Positions 29,846-38,296 of a stretch of DNA of 64,000 bases are shown in pieces; positions within the stretch are counted from its first letter, which is position 1; every line of letters begins with the position of its first letter. The notes below the pieces were generated by a model that had not been told where the DNA came from, ran no database searches, and saw only the letters and a list, made by a program, of their open reading frames with translations. The translations under genes and the position numbers were made by a program. The stretch lies in contig CAYISA010000004.1 in the NCBI GenBank assembly GCA_964365955.1, forward strand, positions 2,939 to 66,938. Direction: 5' to 3'. Origin of the DNA: an uncultured Candidatus Saccharibacteria bacterium. Its GTDB lineage: Bacteria; Patescibacteriota; Minisyncoccia; UBA6257; GWB1-50-10.

Positions 29846-30862
29846 ATGCAAGGAAAAGGACTGGAATCATTAATCCCAAAAAAAGCGAATGTTGCACCGC
29901 CGCAACCAATGGCGCCCGTTTCGCCGCTTTCCGATGTCCCGCACGGCGAATATCGCCCACACGAACAAGGATGGGAAACGCCTGCACCGCTTTCGTACCA
30001 CACCATCACGCACGATGACCGGCCGCGCGTGATCGATCATGGGGTGCCCAAGCCATTTCCAAAATCGGAATCCATTTTTCATATTGAGATAGAAAAAATT
30101 CGGCCGAACCCCTATCAACCGCGGCATGAGTTCAATCCGGAGGCACTTGAAGAGCTGGCGCAGTCTATCCGCGAATTCGGCATCATTCAGCCACTCGTGG
30201 TTACAAAGATCGAGCGCGAAAACACCTATGGTACGGAAGTCGAATATCAATTGATAGCGGGGGAGCGCCGTTTGATGGCGGCAAAAAAAGCGGGCCTTGA
30301 GCGCGTGCCGGTGATTGTGCGTCAGGTGGGCGATGCGCGTGCAAAACTGGAGATGGCGCTCATCGAGAACATTCAGCGCAGTAATCTTAACCCCATGGAA
30401 TCCGCACGCGCTTACGCACGGCTTCAGGATGAGTTTGGGCTTGCACAGCGAGAAATTGCCGTTCGGGTCGGGAAAAGCCGGGAGGCGGTGGCGAATACGA
30501 TGCGTCTTTTAAATCTGCCTATCCAGATTCAAGAGGCCATCTCGACTGGGAAAATGAGTGAATCGCAGGCACGGACGTTGCTTTCCGTTGAAAATCACGA
30601 AGAGCAGATGAACACATTTGGGAGAATCTTAGAGAGCAAGATTAGCGTTCGGACGCTTCGTGAGGAAGTAGCCAAAAAATCCCAGAATCCGACTGTAGTG
30701 GACCCGCAAGAGAGTTATTGGGAGAAACGGCTGGAGGAAGGAATCGGGGCTCCCGTGAAAGTGGTGTCGAACGGGGCTCGTGGCAAAATTGTGATCCAGT
30801 TCTATTCCCTGGAAGAAAAACGGAGTATTTTTGAGAAATTAGTGGGAGAGGTAGAGGAATAG
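29846..30862 (+). CDS. parB: Chromosome partitioning protein ParB/Spo0J
   Basis: KGLESLI, PNPYQPR, IAGERR, ALIENIQRSNL, HTH VGKSREAVAN..RLL. Confidence 0.95.
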   Translation: MQGKGLESLIPKKANVAPPQPMAPVSPLSDVPHGEYRPHEQGWETPAPLSYHTITHDDRPRVIDHGVPKPFPKSESIFHIEIEKIRPNPYQPRHEFNPEALEELAQSIREFGIIQPLVVTKIERENTYGTEVEYQLIAGERRLMAAKKAGLERVPVIVRQVGDARAKLEMALIENIQRSNLNPMESARAYARLQDEFGLAQREIAVRVGKSREAVANTMRLLNLPIQIQEAISTGKMSESQARTLLSVENHEEQMNTFGRILESKISVRTLREEVAKKSQNPTVVDPQESYWEKRLEEGIGAPVKVVSNGARGKIVIQFYSLEEKRSIFEKLVGEVEE

Positions 30863-30897
30863 TTGACTTTTTATCAGCAATAAGTACTATAGAGGTA

Positions 30898-31004
30898 TCC
30901 GTAGACAGTAGGCACCCTGAGCTTGTCGAGGGGAGAAGACCTACCGAGGAGATTGGGGATATTCCCTGAAATCAGTCGTGTCTGCGGTTCAAACCGCAGT
31001 TTTT
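30898..31004 (+). promoter_or_regulatory. L10 leader (rplJL autoregulatory RNA) with attenuator hairpin
   Basis: CCGTAGACAGTAGG...CCTACCGAGG pattern, then CTGCGGT-tcaa-ACCGCAG-TTTTT; promoter TTGACT-16-TACTAT at 30863-30890. Confidence 0.8.
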
Positions 31005-31009
31005 ATTTC

Positions 31010-31501
31010 ATGAAGACAAAAGCACAAAAGCAAAAAGTTGTAGAGGACGCGGTGGCGAACCTCAAAAAAAGCGAAACCGTAATTTTTACGGATTTTACGG
31101 GCATTCCCGTAAATGACGTGAATCAATTGAGGAAAACACTCAAAGCGATGGGGGGCGCGCTTACGGTAATTCGAAAACGATTGGTTAAAATTATTTTTGA
31201 GAAAGAAGAAATGGAGTTCGATCCGAAGCAGTTTACAGGCCAGACCGCCGTAGTCATGTCGCCTAAGGACTTGGTGGAGACGGCAAATACAGTTTATAAA
31301 TTTTCGAAGGGACGCGAGCTCTTCAAAATTTTGGGCGGATTCGATCTTAAGGAAAAAAAGTTCATGAATGCGGCAGACGTAAAAATGTTGGGCCAACTCC
31401 CCGGGCGCGAGGCGCTCTTGGGTCAGTTAGCGTTCATGCTTACCGTTCCGATTAAAAAACTTTTGTTCGTAATGAACGAACAGTCGAAAAAGTCCGCATA
31501 A
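31010..31501 (+). CDS. rplJ: 50S ribosomal protein L10
   Basis: [19 protein letters not shown]; precedes rplL; start at ATG 31010. Confidence 0.92.
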   Translation: MKTKAQKQKVVEDAVANLKKSETVIFTDFTGIPVNDVNQLRKTLKAMGGALTVIRKRLVKIIFEKEEMEFDPKQFTGQTAVVMSPKDLVETANTVYKFSKGRELFKILGGFDLKEKKFMNAADVKMLGQLPGREALLGQLAFMLTVPIKKLLFVMNEQSKKSA

Positions 31502-31521
31502 AGGTCAATAAAAATAATACT

Positions 31522-31887
31522 ATGGAAAAATTTAAAGATATCATCGAGAAGGTTGAGAAACTAACCGTGTTGGAGCTTGCGGAATTGGTGAAAGCGCTTG
31601 AGGAAAAATTCGGCGTGTCTGCGGCGGCTATGGCGGTTGCGGGTCCGGCGGCAGGCGGCGTAGCAGCGGAAGAAAAAACCGCTTACACAGTGGTTTTGAA
31701 GGCAGCTGGCGAGCAAAAAGTGAATGTTATAAAGATGGTGAAAGAAGTGACAGGTCTTGGACTTAAGGAGGCAAAAGACATCGTGGACGGAGCTCCTAAA
31801 AATGTGAAAGAGGGGTTGAAAAAAGAGGACGCCGAAGAAATAAAGAAAAAATTGGAAGCGGTAGGTGCGGTAGTGGAATTAGCGTAA
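31522..31887 (+). CDS. rplL: 50S ribosomal protein L7/L12
   Basis: [22 protein letters not shown]. Confidence 0.97.
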   Translation: MEKFKDIIEKVEKLTVLELAELVKALEEKFGVSAAAMAVAGPAAGGVAAEEKTAYTVVLKAAGEQKVNVIKMVKEVTGLGLKEAKDIVDGAPKNVKEGLKKEDAEEIKKKLEAVGAVVELA

Positions 31888-31897
31888 GAAATAGGAG

Positions 31898-31932
31898 AAA
31901 AACAGCACGGGTTGAATCCCGTGCTGTTTTTT
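31898..31932 (+). terminator. Intrinsic terminator after rplL
   Basis: AAAAACAGCACGGG-ttgaat-CCCGTGCTGTTTTT. Confidence 0.85.
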
Positions 31933-31953
31933 GTATACTGGGGTTGTAGAATG

Positions 31954-32025
31954 GGGCGCGTAGTTTAGTGGTAGAACGTTGCATTCACATTGCAAAGGTC
32001 GGAGGTTCGATCCCTCCCGCGCCCA
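31954..32025 (+). tRNA. tRNA-Val (CAC)
   Basis: GGGCGCG/CGCGCCC acceptor, TTGCA-TTCACAT-TGCAA anticodon arm, GGTTCGATCC; CCA not encoded. Confidence 0.93.
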
Positions 32026-32029
32026 CAAA

Positions 32030-32617
32030 ATGAAAAAGCGGGTTTTTATTATTCATGGCTGGGAAGGATATCCGGAAGAAGCATGGTTTCCGTGGCTGAA
32101 ACATGAATTGGAGGAGAAAGAATTTGAAGTAGTTGTGCCGCAGATGCCGAATGCGGACGCCCCGAGCATCGACGTCTGGATTCCTTTTCTCCATACGGTG
32201 GTCGGTAAGTGCGATGCGAACACTTTTTTTGTCGGACACAGTATCGGGTGCCAGACAATTCTTCGGTATCTTGAAATACTTCCGCCGCAGGAGAAAATCG
32301 GGGGCGCAGTGCTCGTTGCGGGGTGGGTGAGTTTAACCCCGATCGCGACTCGTACACCGGAAGAGCAAACCATCACAAGACCATGGCTTGAAGCGCCGAT
32401 TGATTACGAAAAAATAAAGACGCACACGAAAAATTTTGTCGGGATCTTTTCGGACAATGATCCGTACGTCCCGCCCGAAAATCAAATCACATACCGGGAA
32501 AAGTTGAATGCCAGAATAGCGATCATTCCCGGCCGTGGTCACTTTAACGAAGAAAGCAACACAAAAGAGTTCCCGGATGTTCTTCACGCAATACTTGGGA
32601 TGGTAGGTGTAAAATAG
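32030..32617 (+). CDS. Alpha/beta hydrolase (RBBP9/YdeN family)
   Basis: IIHGW, WFPWL, GHSIG nucleophile elbow, SDNDPYV, GHF. Confidence 0.88.
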   Translation: MKKRVFIIHGWEGYPEEAWFPWLKHELEEKEFEVVVPQMPNADAPSIDVWIPFLHTVVGKCDANTFFVGHSIGCQTILRYLEILPPQEKIGGAVLVAGWVSLTPIATRTPEEQTITRPWLEAPIDYEKIKTHTKNFVGIFSDNDPYVPPENQITYREKLNARIAIIPGRGHFNEESNTKEFPDVLHAILGMVGVK

Positions 32618-32631
32618 GGAAGTTCATAATT

Positions 32632-32806
32632 TGTTGATAACTTACTGTGTCTCATAAAAACCCTCATGAATTTTGAGGGTTTTTTGTTCTCGCAAATTTA
32701 TTTTTTAAATATCCACATGTTGAAGTGGGGAGGGATGTGGTATACTGGTGTTAAGAAGTGGGGAAATGTGGATAAGTATGTGGATAAACCTCATTTCGGG
32801 GGATAA
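32632..32806. promoter_or_regulatory. DnaA-box-like / MraZ GTGG repeat cluster upstream of mraZ
   Basis: TGTGGATAA at 32767 and 32779; TGTTGATAA 32632, ATATCCACA 32709, GGGGGATAA 32798; GTGG at 32725, 32737, 32758, 32768, 32780. Confidence 0.6.
32656..32685 (+). terminator. Intrinsic terminator
   Basis: AAAAACCCTCA-tgaattt-TGAGGGTTTTTT. Confidence 0.7.
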
Positions 32807-32817
32807 CTATAAAAAAT

Positions 32818-33249
32818 ATGTTGCTCGGCGAATTTAAACATAATGTGGATCCCAAAGGTCGCATTGCCGTACCCGCAAAATTTCGCGCTCTTTTTGAGAG
32901 TGGCGCGATTATTACGCGCGGTCTTGAACACTGTTTGTTTGTATTCGGGATGAAGGAATGGGAAACGTTAGTTCAGAAGATCACGGCTCTGCCGCTTGCG
33001 CAGGCAAATTCGCGCGCATTTTCGCGGCTAATGCTTTCCGGAGCCATGGACGTTCAATTGGATGTCCAAGGACGGATTCTTGTCCCACAGTATCTACGTG
33101 ATTATGCGGGGTTCAAGAAAAACGTGATTGTGGCCGGACTGTATAATCGCGCCGAGATCTGGGACGCGGAGCAGTGGGATAGTTACAAAACCAAGACGGA
33201 ATCGCAGTCGGATGATATTGCGGAGAAATTAGGGTCGCTCGGAATTTAG
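32818..33249 (+). CDS. mraZ: Transcriptional regulator MraZ
   Basis: DPKGRIAVP and DVQGRILVP repeats, EIWD. Confidence 0.95.
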   Translation: MLLGEFKHNVDPKGRIAVPAKFRALFESGAIITRGLEHCLFVFGMKEWETLVQKITALPLAQANSRAFSRLMLSGAMDVQLDVQGRILVPQYLRDYAGFKKNVIVAGLYNRAEIWDAEQWDSYKTKTESQSDDIAEKLGSLGI

Positions 33250-33254
33250 TTGCG

Positions 33255-34145
33255 ATGGGGACCTGCATGCACATCCCCGTACTTTTAAAAGAAGTTCTTG
33301 CAGTTTTGGATCCACAACCGGGAGAATGTGTGGTTGATGGAACATTGGGCACTGGAGGACACGCACGGGCATTTATTAAACATGTCGGCAACGCGGATAA
33401 ATTTATCGGCATCGATTGGAATCCTAACGCAGTGAGAAAAGCGCAAAAAGAAATTCAGACGGACGGGGGAAAAATTGTGCAAGGAAATTACGCGGACATC
33501 CCGGACATTCTTATACGCGAAAAAATGGAGAAGCCGGACGTATTGCTTTTGGACCTGGGGCTTTCTTCCGACGAACTTGAAACATCGGGTCTAGGATTCA
33601 GCTTTCAAAAAGACGAACCACTCGATATGCGCTATGATCCCACATCAACGATGCCAACCGCCGCGGATGTGATCAATCAAATCGAAATGCCGGAGATGGA
33701 ACAGATCCTTCGCAAATATGGAGAAGAGCGCTATGCGGGCCGCATTGCAAGAGTCATTATCGAAACGCGGCGCAAGGCGCATATTGTACGGACGAGCGAG
33801 TTGGTGGCATGTGTGCGAAATGCCGTGCCAGGGTGGGGGCAGCATGTACGGCGCAATCCAGCCACTCGGACATTTCAAGCGCTCCGGATTTATGTAAACC
33901 ATGAATTGGAAAATCTGGAACGCTCGCTCGCATGGATTCCTGCAGTGATGCAAAAAGGAGGGCGCGTAGGCATCATCACGTTCCATTCTTTGGAAGATCG
34001 AATGGTAAAAAATTATTTCAGAAATTTTCAAAAAAATAAACTCGCGGAACTTCTTACAAAAAAACCGATTGTGCCTAGTAGAGAGGAGCAGCTAAAAAAT
34101 CCCCGCAGCCGATCGGCAAAACTTCGTGCGATAAAAATTATATAA
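33255..34145 (+). CDS. rsmH: 16S rRNA m4C1402 methyltransferase
   Basis: HIPVLL, DGTLGTGGH, PLDMR, TFQALRI, FHSLEDR, NPRSRSAKLR. Confidence 0.96.
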   Translation: MGTCMHIPVLLKEVLAVLDPQPGECVVDGTLGTGGHARAFIKHVGNADKFIGIDWNPNAVRKAQKEIQTDGGKIVQGNYADIPDILIREKMEKPDVLLLDLGLSSDELETSGLGFSFQKDEPLDMRYDPTSTMPTAADVINQIEMPEMEQILRKYGEERYAGRIARVIIETRRKAHIVRTSELVACVRNAVPGWGQHVRRNPATRTFQALRIYVNHELENLERSLAWIPAVMQKGGRVGIITFHSLEDRMVKNYFRNFQKNKLAELLTKKPIVPSREEQLKNPRSRSAKLRAIKII

Positions 34146-34163
34146 ACCATTTTTTAAAAATCC

Positions 34164-34475
34164 ATGACTATTATTAAACCCCATAAAAATCCTCATTTTC
34201 GCATTGTTTTTGTTGGCTTTTTTGTTGTCATGGCGCTTGGCGCTGGCTTTTATATCTTCGGGTACACCGCTCTTGCGAATCTAAAATTTCAGACGAGGGA
34301 ACTAAAAAAAGAACTCGAGACGCTGCGAGTAGAAAACGCGGATTTAGCTATGAGTGCGTCTTCCCTGCGCGACCCTCAAAAACTGCAAACTTTAGCAAAA
34401 GAAAAAGGCTTTACCCAAGAACGTCGTCCGGAATACCTTAGAGTGAACCAATGGCTTTCCGCTTCCTCTTTGTAA
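34164..34475 (+). CDS. FtsL-like cell division protein
   Basis: Single TM plus coiled coil, between rsmH and the PBP gene. Confidence 0.7.
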   Translation: MTIIKPHKNPHFRIVFVGFFVVMALGAGFYIFGYTALANLKFQTRELKKELETLRVENADLAMSASSLRDPQKLQTLAKEKGFTQERRPEYLRVNQWLSASSL

Positions 34476-36070
34476 CTTTCTTTTTCATCGCAGCCTATCT
34501 TGGATTGGGATATCAATTGTATTATCTCCAGATTGTGCATAGCGAGGATGCCGTACGGCGTGTAGCCGTGAAGGATTCGCTGGTGCAGGCGGAGGAACTG
34601 CGTCGTGGGCAGATTATTTTAGTCGATCGGGACGGGAACAATCTGATCACGGCCTATAATCGGGATTATCCGGAATTGTTTTTAGCACCGAACGAAATTA
34701 AGGACGCTAAACAGACAGCCGCCGCTCTCTCGCCGATTGTGGGGATGGGGGCGGATGAATTGGAAAAAATGATCGTAGCGGATCCCACCAGCTCGTTTCG
34801 CCCGCTTCTTCCGAAACCGACCGCCACACAAATAAACGCCATCCGGGATGCTGGCATAAAAGGAGTTCATATTAAATTTAGACAGTATCGTACATATCCG
34901 TTTGGGAAATCCGCTTCTCATGTAGTCGGATTTGCGGGATTAAACGCGGATGCGGCGATTCCAAAAGGCCTCTATGGTCTTGAGAAACTGAAAAATACTG
35001 AACTCACCCGCGGAGAACAGATTCGGCTTACGATCGACCGCAATCTTCAGGTGCACGTAGAGCAAATCCTGGCTGCGCTTATGAAGGATCACGAAGCGGC
35101 CGGAGGTACGATTATGATTACCGATCCGATGACGGGAAAAATTATGGCGCTTGCAAACGCTCCCGACTTTGATCCAAATCTATACAAAGATTATCCCGTA
35201 AAAAACTTTTTAAACCCGGCGGTGCAGTTGCAATACGAACCGGGTTCCGTATTCAAACCGCTCACGATGGCGGCTGGTATTGATTCAGGGGCTTTTACTC
35301 CCGACACCACATTTGTGGACACTGGTTTTGTTACGCTCAATGGAAAGACGATCACGAACTGGGATAAGAACGCGTATGGGAAAATTACGATGACAAATGT
35401 TATCGAGCACTCCGTTAACACCGGTGCCGTGTTTGCCGAACAAAAAATCGGCAATCAAACGTTTTATGAATATTTAACGCGTTTCGGGTTAGGGCAGGCA
35501 ACTGGAATGGATCTTCCAGATGAAATCAACGGAAGTCTGCGGAATTTGGAAAATAAAAATGCGCGGCAGATCGATTTTGCGACCGCTTCGTACGGGCAGG
35601 GCACGGCGGTCACGCCCGTACAGTTAGTGGCGGCATTCGGAGCACTCGCAAACGGCGGCGTGTTGATGCGCCCCTATGTGATCGAAGATACAAAACCAAA
35701 AATGATTCGCCGCGTGATATCGGAAGATACGGCGAAAAAAGTAGTAGGGATGATGGAATCCGCCGTTGAGATAAACCGCATGGCGGCAATCCCTGGCTAT
35801 CGTATTGCGGGGAAAACAGGAACCGCATTCGTACCCGATTTGATCCGCGGGGGGTATTATAACGATCAGTTTATTCATACGTTCATTGGATTCGGGCCGG
35901 TCAGCAATCCAAAATTTTTGATTTATATGAAGCTGGAACGTCCGCAGATCGGTGACTTAGCGGGTCGGACCGTTGTTCCGGTGTTTCGCGATGTGGCAGA
36001 GTTCGTTTTGAATTACTACTCCATTCCGCCGGATAAACTCGCGACCTCTACGACTCCGAAAATTCCGTAA
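34451..36070 (+). CDS. ftsI: Class B penicillin-binding protein (FtsI-like)
   Basis: RGQI..DRDG, EPGSVFK (SxxK), SVN, GKTGT. Confidence 0.88.
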   Translation: MAFRFLFVTFFFIAAYLGLGYQLYYLQIVHSEDAVRRVAVKDSLVQAEELRRGQIILVDRDGNNLITAYNRDYPELFLAPNEIKDAKQTAAALSPIVGMGADELEKMIVADPTSSFRPLLPKPTATQINAIRDAGIKGVHIKFRQYRTYPFGKSASHVVGFAGLNADAAIPKGLYGLEKLKNTELTRGEQIRLTIDRNLQVHVEQILAALMKDHEAAGGTIMITDPMTGKIMALANAPDFDPNLYKDYPVKNFLNPAVQLQYEPGSVFKPLTMAAGIDSGAFTPDTTFVDTGFVTLNGKTITNWDKNAYGKITMTNVIEHSVNTGAVFAEQKIGNQTFYEYLTRFGLGQATGMDLPDEINGSLRNLENKNARQIDFATASYGQGTAVTPVQLVAAFGALANGGVLMRPYVIEDTKPKMIRRVISEDTAKKVVGMMESAVEINRMAAIPGYRIAGKTGTAFVPDLIRGGYYNDQFIHTFIGFGPVSNPKFLIYMKLERPQIGDLAGRTVVPVFRDVAEFVLNYYSIPPDKLATSTTPKIP

Positions 36071-36073
36071 CCC

Positions 36074-37378
36074 ATGAAATCACTCGCACTAAAATTATTG
36101 ATGGGAATTTTGCGTCTGCTCGCGAAGATGACGGTTTTTAAGTACAAGCCGGAGATGATCGGCGTTACTGGTACGGTGGGGAAAACGTCCGCGAAACTCG
36201 CTATCGGTGCGGCGCTTCGGAACGGGAAGCGGGTGAGGGCATCGGCGAAGAGTTATAATAACGAGCTCGGGTTGCCGCTCACCATTTTGGGGGATTGGGA
36301 ATCAACGGAAGGGCCATGGTTCTGGCCTCGCGTTGTCATTTCTTCCTTGTGGCGGCTCATCGTGAGATCAAAAAACTATCCGCATTGTATTGTGTTGGAG
36401 TACGGGATCGATCGACCCGGAGATATGCGCAAATTGCTTTCGATTGCGCGCCCCGCAGTGGGCGTCTTGACCGCCATGGGATCCACGCCTGTGCATATCG
36501 AATTCTTTTCGGGGCCTGACGCTGTTTTACGCGAAAAGGCGAAATTGATTGCCCAGTTACCCGCCACGGGTTTTGCGATTTTGAATGCCGATAACAAAGC
36601 GGTCATGAGCGTAAAAAACCAGACGCGCGCTCAAGTTGTTACGTTTGGATTCACAGAAGGAGCGGACGTCAAGATCACGACGTTTGCACAGGCAGTTATC
36701 GGAAACAGCGCGGAAGTTTCGTTTAAGTTACTACACGCAGGGAGTTTTGTTCCTATCAAACTAGAAGGTGTTTTGGGGCGTACACAGGCGTATGCCGCCG
36801 CGGCGGCCGCAGCCGTGGGACTCGCCTCGGGAATCAATCTTGTGACGATTGCGGAGTCGTTTAAATTTTATCACGCGCCGAATGGGCGCTTGAAAGTGGT
36901 AAAAGGCATAAAAGGAACGCTAATCATTGACGATACCTATAACGCATCGCCTATCGCTGTTTCGGAGGCACTTTATACAATCAAGGGGTTAAAACCAAAA
37001 CGCGCAATCGCGGTCTTGGGGGATATGCTGGAACTTGGAAAATACACGCTGGAGGAGCACGAAACAATCGGACGCTTTGCCGCAAAAACCGTAAACATCC
37101 TTTTAACGGTAGGTTTGCGCGGGAAGTTCATGGCGGAAGCGGCGCTCCGCGCCGGTTTCCCGCGGCGTTCCGTTTTTTCGTTTATGAATGTCGTGGAGGC
37201 GGGAATGTTTCTACAGAATAAAATTCAAAAAGGAGACGTGATTCTAATTAAGGGTTCACAGGGAGTTCGGCTCGAGAAAGTGGTAAAAGAAATCATGGCG
37301 GAGCCACTTGAGGCACAGAGGCTTTTGGTGCGGCAAAGCAAAGTGTGGGATGCCAAACCGGGATTATATGATATTTAG
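36074..37378 (+). CDS. murF: UDP-MurNAc-tripeptide D-Ala-D-Ala ligase
   Basis: GVTGTVGKTS, NNELGLPLT, DDTYNASP, GDMLELG, KGSQG. Confidence 0.9.
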   Translation: MKSLALKLLMGILRLLAKMTVFKYKPEMIGVTGTVGKTSAKLAIGAALRNGKRVRASAKSYNNELGLPLTILGDWESTEGPWFWPRVVISSLWRLIVRSKNYPHCIVLEYGIDRPGDMRKLLSIARPAVGVLTAMGSTPVHIEFFSGPDAVLREKAKLIAQLPATGFAILNADNKAVMSVKNQTRAQVVTFGFTEGADVKITTFAQAVIGNSAEVSFKLLHAGSFVPIKLEGVLGRTQAYAAAAAAAVGLASGINLVTIAESFKFYHAPNGRLKVVKGIKGTLIIDDTYNASPIAVSEALYTIKGLKPKRAIAVLGDMLELGKYTLEEHETIGRFAAKTVNILLTVGLRGKFMAEAALRAGFPRRSVFSFMNVVEAGMFLQNKIQKGDVILIKGSQGVRLEKVVKEIMAEPLEAQRLLVRQSKVWDAKPGLYDI

Positions 37379-37422
37379 TTGACGATTCAGAATTTAGGGC
37401 TTATCGTTTAAGCGTTTTCTAT

Positions 37423-37495
37423 AGCCTCATCGTCTAATGGTTCAGGACGGCGCCCTCTCACGGCGTAAATGGGAGTTCGATTCTCCCTGGGGCTA
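37423..37495 (+). tRNA. tRNA-Glu (CTC)
   Basis: AGCCTCA/TGGGGCT acceptor, GCGCC-CTCTCAC-GGCGT anticodon arm, AGTTCGATT; CCA not encoded. Confidence 0.92.
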
Positions 37496-37570
37496 CAATG
37501 GATTTACATGTTTATAGAAGCAACATTTAAAAGTGAGATTGATTTTGAGTTTTTATGATATAATAAAACA

Positions 37571-38188
37571 ATGAATGACCTTGAAGTTTTTAAAGAGGAG
37601 GAAAAACAAGTGATCCCCATTCATGAAGGAGAAGGTCGGAAAAAATTGTCTATAGACCAATCACCTGTTGGTTTTCATGATGACCAAGAGGACGAAATAA
37701 AAGACCTCAAAGACAAGGAAGAAGAAGTTTTAAAACGAAACGGAAAAGAAAGTATAAAATCAAAAGGTGCCGCTTGGGTAGAGGGAGCACCGAATCTCCC
37801 GGGTGCTTTTTATCCGCAGGATGGAGAAACGGAAAAAATTGTGGATCCTGACACGGAAGATATAGAAAATAAACTCGCAGAAAGCATTGACGATCCTGAT
37901 GCATGGATGGACGAAATGAGCGACAAGGAGTGGGAGATATACATGAATCATGGAAGTGAAGAAGAAAGTTTGGACTATATTCGCTCGCGCGCACCAAGTC
38001 CATTGCCACAAGAAGTGCAGGATATTTTAAAGGAAAATAGACTTCCGAGGAAACTTTGGGATTCGATGACAGACGATCAGAAACGCGCGTGGAAGAAAAA
38101 AATTCAAGAGGACATCCAAAATTTGTATCTGAAAAAGCCGGTGAATATGGTTCACCGAAAAAAGAAGGAAAAAACGGAGAATTTATAA
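37571..38188 (+). CDS. Hypothetical acidic protein
   Basis: 205-aa D/E-rich ORF with basic tail, 6 nt after TGaTATAAT. Confidence 0.7.
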   Translation: MNDLEVFKEEEKQVIPIHEGEGRKKLSIDQSPVGFHDDQEDEIKDLKDKEEEVLKRNGKESIKSKGAAWVEGAPNLPGAFYPQDGETEKIVDPDTEDIENKLAESIDDPDAWMDEMSDKEWEIYMNHGSEEESLDYIRSRAPSPLPQEVQDILKENRLPRKLWDSMTDDQKRAWKKKIQEDIQNLYLKKPVNMVHRKKKEKTENL

Positions 38189-38296
38189 GGCGAAAATAGG
38201 CTCAAAAACAAGGATTTTCGCTTGTTTTTCACCTCTTTCTTTGGTATACTTTAAAGTGCCCAAAGAAAGGGGTTTTTTGTTGGAAAATAAGCGTTT

